DNA of 64,000 bases from a virus (Duplodnaviria; Caudoviricetes): the IMG/VR virus record IMGVR_UViG_3300021426_000067; one strand, written 5' to 3'. Positions 59,337 through 64,000 of the stretch are shown here, piece after piece. Under the pieces are notes generated by a model, which was not told the origin of the DNA, did not search any database, and worked only from the letters and a program-made list of their open reading frames with translations. Both the position numbers and the translations under genes were made by a program. How positions within the stretch are numbered: the stretch's first letter is position 1; each line of letters opens with the position of its first letter.

Positions 59337-59837
59337 TTATTTATAACTCATAACATCTTTTCCGCCTTCTTGCGGTGCTTGTTTAGGAAGGGCACGTAAC
59401 TCTTCCATAAAACCCTATATAAAAGAATTTCCGCCTTCATCTGTATAATGTTGATAACGTCTTTCTAAACAATCAAGACTGAAATCATCAATCCAACCTA
59501 CATAATAGCAGAAATAGTGGTGATCTCTTGTAATATATGCTTTTATTGCATCTTTATCAGATTGAATAAGCATATCAATTTTGTCTGATAATTTACATAA
59601 AACGTCATCAGTTACCTGTTGATCTTTTTGTAGAGATTCCATTATGGTACTTCCTTGACGAAGACGTCTTTCTAATTCTTCTTTTGAATTTATTTTTGAA
59701 TATTCTTTATCGAAAAATTTTCTTATATAAGTATACCCCCAATCAAAGAAAGTAAGTAAACTCTTTACCGCTAAGGCTAAAAAAACAATAAAAATAAGAA
59801 TTTCCTATAAAGAATAATGTTCAAGTAATTCTACCAT
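59337..59837 (-). CDS. Single-TM membrane protein (holin-like / lysis accessory); TAG read-through
   Basis: GGAGG RBS; N-terminal hydrophobic helix, coiled coil, Y..EGGNSFI*GFMEELRALP. Confidence 0.65.
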
Positions 59838-60044
59838 ATAAGTAAGCCTCCTGTTAAAATGATTTCTCTCACTAAATATATATTAAAAATGGGGAAGACT
59901 ATTTATTTATTCTTGACCAAAGATATTTTTACAAAAATTGAAAGAAAAAAATCCAAAGGCGGTTTTGAATTGCATGGAGCGGGTGTCTGCGCGCCGAGCA
60001 GTTTATGGAATCTCTCAACCAGGTTCTATAAATCTTTTGCATAT

Positions 60045-60081
60045 AAAAAAAATGGGTGCGTGTCAAAGACACACACCCTAT
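60045..60081 (-). terminator. Intrinsic terminator after the DUF2828 gene
   Basis: GGGTGTGTGT-ctttg-ACACGCACCC then a T run on the minus strand. Confidence 0.65.
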
Positions 60082-60091
60082 CTATATAAAG

Positions 60092-61636
60092 TTACGCAGT
60101 TACAGCTGCATAACGGTCAGAGAGGAGCTTCTCAAGCATGAGGTCGTAACCGTCCTTTCCGCTGAGAATAGTATCAATCATAGAAGGAGAGAAACCGCTA
60201 ACATAGCTGAAACCTTCCCCAATAGCAGGGATTCTATCATTTCTCGCTTTCAGATTCCAGAAAACTACCTGAGGCATTTTGTAACCTTCTCGCGCCCATT
60301 CTCTCTTAATCTTCTCCAGATCAGAGTTAACTTCATCAATAGAATTTACAGTTTCATATTCATCCCAGTAGCCATATCTAATACGCTTATTAGAGAAAGT
60401 TACACATTTATCGAACTCCATATCAGAGAAGATATAAATACGAGTAGGCATATCTTCAACCTTTACTCTATTGCGCTTTGCTGTAGAAAGAAGCATATCA
60501 AATACTGCTTTAATGTTAGTATTCATACCCCAATTTGCGTTCTTGCAACGATTAAGTTTGTCAACAATGTCAACGCCCTCAAATCTCACAAGTTCAGGTT
60601 TTGCAGAGAAAGTAATGAAGTGGTGTGCAAAAGGTCCATGCGCCTTATCAGCGATGTAAGCACCCATAGAAACAGCGGCTTCCATAGGAGTACCAATCAT
60701 AGAACCAGATACATCAACAACTGCAATACCATTCTCTTCTCTACCATTGTAGAAGTCTTTCAGATTATCCCAATATTTCTGAAGCATCAGACGCTCAGGA
60801 GCGTCCAGAGCACGTCGTCTCATATCAGGATCAAACGCCTTATGCGCTACATCGTGAGGATACAGTGCTTCAGCATTAACCTTAGTAGAAGTATTCTTTG
60901 CAAATGCTTCATACTTCTTAGCAATAATATCGCGTCTTGCAAAAGCATTACGATAAACAAGACCAGCCTTAGAAGGAATCTTATCAAACTCGATTTCATC
61001 CCAGCGGTTTTCACTCATCAAACGCTCAAGAACATTGATGCGGGCACGAAGAGCAGAAAGAGTCTTACGATACTGTCTGCTGGTAACACCCAGAGCATTA
61101 GCGAGAACATGTCCCAGTCTTTTAGTATCCGCATTAGATGCGTTCTGAGAAGGGAGCCACTTTGCAAGCAGAGAAGGGGTCTTTGACTGAACATCAAGAG
61201 CAAGCTGATGCTTGATGACGTTAATCATATCTTTTTCTACAGGAGTTCCAACTGTAGTGTAAATCAGGTCATCCCAACGACCATATTCACTAACATTCAG
61301 AAGGTTCTTTCTTGCTACTTCAGGACGGTAATTACAAAGCCAACGGAAAGCAGTTCTGAAGAAACGTCTTTCACCTTGACCACCGCGAACGTCACGAAGA
61401 TAGAACAGGCACTTCATAGCCAGGTTACGGTTCTCTTCAAATGCGTTCTTAAACAGAAGAATCACATCTGCATCAGATCTGGTACGATAAGCACCACCAA
61501 CCGCAAACATATCAAGAACCTTTGATTCTGTTGACTTACGAGTCAGTCCACCATTTTCAGTACGAGTAATGTTGTTGTTTTTAACCATTTCATTTAAAAA
61601 AGTATTCATTCCTTTTAACTCCTTTACTTTTGTCAA
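60092..61636 (-). CDS. DUF2828-type helical + vWA protein (Ro60/TROVE-like architecture)
   Basis: RDVRGGQGER, EYGRWDDL, LAKWLPS, YRKTLS, VVDVSGSM (MIDAS), IFSDMEFD, VFWNL, SGFSP. Confidence 0.85.
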   Translation of the reverse strand: MTKVKELKGMNTFLNEMVKNNNITRTENGGLTRKSTESKVLDMFAVGGAYRTRSDADVILLFKNAFEENRNLAMKCLFYLRDVRGGQGERRFFRTAFRWLCNYRPEVARKNLLNVSEYGRWDDLIYTTVGTPVEKDMINVIKHQLALDVQSKTPSLLAKWLPSQNASNADTKRLGHVLANALGVTSRQYRKTLSALRARINVLERLMSENRWDEIEFDKIPSKAGLVYRNAFARRDIIAKKYEAFAKNTSTKVNAEALYPHDVAHKAFDPDMRRRALDAPERLMLQKYWDNLKDFYNGREENGIAVVDVSGSMIGTPMEAAVSMGAYIADKAHGPFAHHFITFSAKPELVRFEGVDIVDKLNRCKNANWGMNTNIKAVFDMLLSTAKRNRVKVEDMPTRIYIFSDMEFDKCVTFSNKRIRYGYWDEYETVNSIDEVNSDLEKIKREWAREGYKMPQVVFWNLKARNDRIPAIGEGFSYVSGFSPSMIDTILSGKDGYDLMLEKLLSDRYAAVTA

Positions 61637-61696
61637 AGTAATTTTTTATCATCTTACGTTATTTATTATATCAAAATTTTTTTTAAAAATCAAGAA

Positions 61697-61772
61697 AGAG
61701 CTGAGAGGGATTTGAACCCCCGAATAATTGGTTTGCAGCCAACCCCCTTTAACCAGACTTGGGTATCAACTC
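61697..61772 (-). tRNA. tRNA-Cys(GCA)
   Basis: Cloverleaf; TTGG-CT GCA AA-CCAA; T loop TTCAAAT. Confidence 0.88.
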
Positions 61773-61854
61773 AAAAAGGAAGGCTGGATTAAAACTATCC
61801 AGCCAAAATCAAAAGAAAGGGAATAAAGTGAGAAACTTTATTTCGGATTAAGGC

Positions 61855-61921
61855 AAGACACGAATTTTTATTGACAAAAACCTCTATTTGACAAATCTTG
61901 ATTGATTGCTGCGTGTGTCTT
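61855..61921 (-). ncRNA. Short Y-RNA-like RNA: terminal stem + CAGCAA motif
   Basis: AAGACAC/GTGTCTT terminal stem with ACGCAGCAA 3' of the 5' strand, same layout as 62352-62462. Confidence 0.55.
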
Positions 61922-61927
61922 ATGATA

Positions 61928-61998
61928 AGCACCATGAGGGAGTCGAACCCTCGACTTTTGGTTGGAAGCCAAATATTTTACCGCTAAACTAATAGTGC
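61928..61998 (-). tRNA. tRNA-Gly(TCC)
   Basis: Cloverleaf; TTTGG-CT TCC AA-CCAAA. Confidence 0.9.
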
Positions 61999-62271
61999 AT
62001 GAACGCGAAATTTTAATTTTAGGAGATTTCGCACAACTCCATATACGCGTCTCTTTAAACGTAACTACTTTCCGCGAAGACAACTCATTGGCTTGAAATT
62101 TGCTTTTTCTATATCTTTTAGGTTATAAAAGTATAGCGAGGAAATCTTGAGTAAATTAAGTGCCCGATAAAAACACATTCACATTTCTCAAGTAAGCTAC
62201 AGTTATCGGTCAGCAGCCTCGACCAAACTTTCCTCCCCATCGTTAGGCTTTCACTCATTACATTTAAATAG

Positions 62272-62345
62272 CTGGGGTAGTAGGGCTCGAACCTACGAAT
62301 CCGTGAGTCAAAGTCACGTGTGTTTGCCAACTTCACCATACCCCA
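62272..62345 (-). tRNA. tRNA-Gln(TTG)
   Basis: U1-A72 acceptor TGGGGTA/TACCCCA; CGTGA-CT TTG AC-TCACG. Confidence 0.92.
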
Positions 62346-62351
62346 TTGTCA

Positions 62352-62462
62352 AGGCGTTTTAAACTAATTATCTAACCATTTGATATACTCAATAATCACG
62401 TGCTTGAGATAGGACTCGAACCTATACGTTTTAGTTAAAAAACTATTTTGCTGTAAACGCCT
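62352..62462 (-). ncRNA. YrlA-like Y RNA (circularly permuted tRNA mimic)
   Basis: AGGCGTTT/AAACGCCT terminal stem, CAGCAA, AACTAA/TTAGTT stem, T arm ATAGG-TTCGAGT-CCTAT, loop-closed acceptor CTCAA/TTGAG, then TA and D arm TATC-AAATGGTTA-GATA. Confidence 0.75.
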
Positions 62463-62464
62463 AA

Positions 62465-62538
62465 TACTCACAGAGGGATTTGAACCCTCGACACCTTGAT
62501 TAAAAGTCAAGTGCTACTACCTGCTGAGCTATGTGAGT
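62465..62538 (-). tRNA. tRNA-Lys(TTT)
   Basis: Cloverleaf; CTTGA-CT TTT AA-TCAAG. Confidence 0.9.
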
Positions 62539-62547
62539 AAAGTTTAT

Positions 62548-62651
62548 ATCAGAAAGTCGGACTCGAACCAACATCTTTTTTAGTAAACCCTCATTGTCAT
62601 TCGAAGGTGCGGCGTGACCAGCGTCGCAATCTCCCATTGAATTATTTCTGA
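62548..62651 (-). ncRNA. Atypical 104-nt tRNA-like RNA (GGT anticodon-like loop, oversized variable region)
   Basis: TCAGAAA/TTTCTGA acceptor, T arm GTTGG-TTCGAGT-CCGAC, CGACG-CTGGTCA-CGCCG hairpin, about 37-nt variable region. Confidence 0.55.
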
Positions 62652-62657
62652 TATAAA

Positions 62658-62732
62658 TCGGAGTAGTAGGATTTGAACCTACGATCTCTTGATCCCAAAT
62701 CAAGCGCGCTAACCAAACTACGCTATACTCCG
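62658..62732 (-). tRNA. tRNA-Pro(TGG)
   Basis: CGGAGTA/TACTCCG; CTTGA-TT TGG GA-TCAAG. Confidence 0.92.
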
Positions 62733-62740
62733 TTAGAGGG

Positions 62741-62920
62741 TTATTCAACCCATTGAACTTTTTCACTTGATACCCAAGCACCAAAAAGAGTTACCTTTTT
62801 TGTTGTATCTCTGCAAGGGATTTCATCACTCCACACTTCATTTGTTTGTGGATTTCTATGAGTAAACACATAAGTTTTTCCGCCGTACTGCCCTTTGCGA
62901 GTATATTTTTTAATAATCAT
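62741..62920 (-). CDS. Small hypothetical protein (59 aa) inside the tRNA cluster
   Basis: AAGGA RBS and upstream promoter; MIIKKYTRKGQYGGKTYVFTHRNP...WVE. Confidence 0.6.
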   Translation of the reverse strand: MIIKKYTRKGQYGGKTYVFTHRNPQTNEVWSDEIPCRDTTKKVTLFGAWVSSEKVQWVE

Positions 62921-62977
62921 TTTCCTTACCCTTTCTTATATAATTATAATAAAAATTTTTATAATTTTCAAATAAAA

Positions 62978-63051
62978 TACTCAAGGAAGGAGTTGAACCT
63001 TCGACCTTGCGGTTATCAGCCGCATACTCTAACCTACTGAGCTACTTGAGT
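62978..63051 (-). tRNA. tRNA-Ile(GAT)
   Basis: Cloverleaf; TGCGG-CT GAT AA-CCGCA. Confidence 0.9.
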
Positions 63052-63057
63052 AGATAA

Positions 63058-63130
63058 TGCTCGATAATGGACTTGAACCATTGACTTCTAACTTGTAAGG
63101 ATAGCACTCTCCCAGCTGAGTTAATCGAGC
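63058..63130 (-). tRNA. tRNA-Val(TAC)
   Basis: Cloverleaf; CT TAC AA loop; one mismatch in the anticodon stem. Confidence 0.88.
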
Positions 63131-63266
63131 AAGTGACAGTTTCCATCTCTTCTCGCTGAAACTGCCAAACCTGAGGGTCTCCCCTTATGCTTAGCTAAAG
63201 CATGAGATATGATTAGTTTATCACCTATTAAAATTATATCAAAACTAATAAAGGTATAATCAGGCG

Positions 63267-63339
63267 TGGAGAATACGGGATTTGAACCCGTGACCCTTTG
63301 CTTGCAAGGCAAATGTTCTCCCAACTGAACTAATCCCCC
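63267..63339 (-). tRNA. tRNA-Ala(TGC)
   Basis: G3-U70 in the acceptor; TTTGC-CT TGC AA-GCAAA. Confidence 0.92.
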
Positions 63340-63483
63340 AAATGACAGATGTTTTGCCACACTTTTACCCCCTGGAAGGACATCTGCCGCGCCCCTTCTT
63401 CAATAACTGGAAGTGCAGTACAAGTTCCCCTCTACACTTGTAGGTTTGTTCTTGAATAAGACTGGCAAATTTCTTATTAAGAG

Positions 63484-63557
63484 AGGCCCATGAGGGACTC
63501 GAACCCTCGACACCGTGGTTAACAGCCACGTGCTCTAACCGACTGAGCTAAAGAGCC
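63484..63557 (-). tRNA. tRNA-Asn(GTT)
   Basis: Cloverleaf; CGTGG-CT GTT AA-CCACG. Confidence 0.9.
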
Positions 63558-63617
63558 TTATTTTTTCCTTTCTTTATCTTACATATATATTATATCAAAA
63601 ATTTTTAAAAAAATCAA

Positions 63618-63872
63618 TTAATGGAGTTCCCACTGGTAATCAAAATATTTTTTATAATCACTTTTTTCTCTTGAACTGTTAATTATATTCTTTGCTTTTA
63701 AACGTGTGATTTTACTACATCTTCTTTTGAGCCAAGCAGTATTAGAACCTTTAATCCTAATGATTCTATCTTTATCTTCATTATACCAGGCTCCCGCAAA
63801 CCAATGATTTTTGCTTGCGTTATAAAGTTTCTTTAATCTGTGCTTTTCTTCCATTTTTCTTCGATGAGACAT
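63618..63872 (-). CDS. Small basic hypothetical protein (84 aa)
   Basis: AAGGAGG RBS before the ATG at 63872 (MSHRRKMEEK). Confidence 0.7.
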   Translation of the reverse strand: MSHRRKMEEKHRLKKLYNASKNHWFAGAWYNEDKDRIIRIKGSNTAWLKRRCSKITRLKAKNIINSSREKSDYKKYFDYQWELH

Positions 63873-63896
63873 AATAAAGACCTCCTTATTTAAAAA

Positions 63897-63940
63897 GCAT
63901 GTAGGTGGGACTCGAACCCACACCACATAGATGATTTTCA
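63897..63940 (-). other. tRNA-like 3' portion (T arm + acceptor 3' strand); 5' partner not in the window
   Basis: AAAATCATC-TATGTGGT-GTGGG-TTCGAGT-CCCAC-CTACATGC; no complementary 5' acceptor strand within the remaining 60 nt. Confidence 0.45.
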
Positions 63941-64000
63941 AAAGGTGGCTAATCCCTCAAAAATACTGCTACTCCTCTTTTCACAACTACTTTTATTAAA

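Noticed and set aside
66-59938. Short opposite-strand or alternate-frame track ORFs (e.g. 4462, 7263, 11181, 16485, 25528, 43698, 53327)
   Set aside because: Nested within long, motif-supported genes, with no independent evidence.
59955-60030. GC-rich intergenic patch as an origin or packaging site
   Set aside because: No iterons or convincing structure; cannot be supported from the sequence alone.
60056-61186. 376-aa plus-strand ORF
   Set aside because: Antisense shadow of the well-supported DUF2828-type gene; no recognisable motifs.
62352-62462. Ordinary tRNA or tRNA pseudogene
   Set aside because: The T arm precedes the D arm, the acceptor stem is loop-closed, and there is no anticodon loop; all pairings fit the permuted fold.
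62570-62590. CTA triplet in the aberrant tRNA-like RNA as an amber-suppressor anticodon
   Set aside because: TTTACTAAAAAAG is not presented in a proper 5-bp stem with a 7-nt loop; no CUA tRNA is visible in this window.
61868-63360. Track ORFs 61868-62083, 62118-62339, 62500-62784, 62846-63040 and 63121-63360
   Set aside because: They overlap tRNAs or structured RNAs and lack an RBS.
1-64000. TGA recoding, or pyrrolysine/selenocysteine explanation
   Set aside because: TGA ends several genes with coupled starts (9653, 34126) and others (1587, 35893); TAG is too frequent and widespread, and no pyl genes are present in the window.

Overview
This window is a 64-kb segment of a large, very AT-rich tailed phage, probably of a Firmicutes host (CW_7 repeats, GH25/CHAP lysin, sigmaA-like promoters). 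TAG is used as a sense codon: most fragments in the ORF track join into long in-frame genes when TAG is read through, and the joined genes end in TAA or TGA. Layout: (i) 1-19.7 kb, minus strand, replication, recombination and nucleotide genes (RecJ-like, PARG-like macrodomain, primase, DnaB-like helicase, Sak4-like ATPase, ThyX-like, GIY-YIG, NAD ligase, GyrA/GyrB, RNase H, kinase) plus a holin; (ii) 19.9-49.1 kb, plus strand, a 2823-aa tape measure, tail and fibre genes, RuvC-like nuclease, two MBL+CW_7 hydrolases, a six-gene cassette of unknown function and a GH25-CHAP-SH3 endolysin; (iii) 49.2-59.8 kb, minus strand, baseplate and tail genes converging on the lysin; (iv) 60-64 kb, a DUF2828-type vWA protein beside a tRNA cluster (9 canonical tRNAs) with unusual structured RNAs. 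Two main observations: (1) the recoded TAG mostly falls at positions where Glu, not Gln, is expected, suggesting a UAG=Glu (or Glu/Gln-ambiguous) phage code; (2) a circularly permuted tRNA-mimic RNA with YrlA/Y-RNA architecture, plus a shorter sibling sharing a stem+CAGCAA motif, sits just upstream of the Ro60-like DUF2828 gene. Family assignments come from motif recognition by eye; no searches were run.
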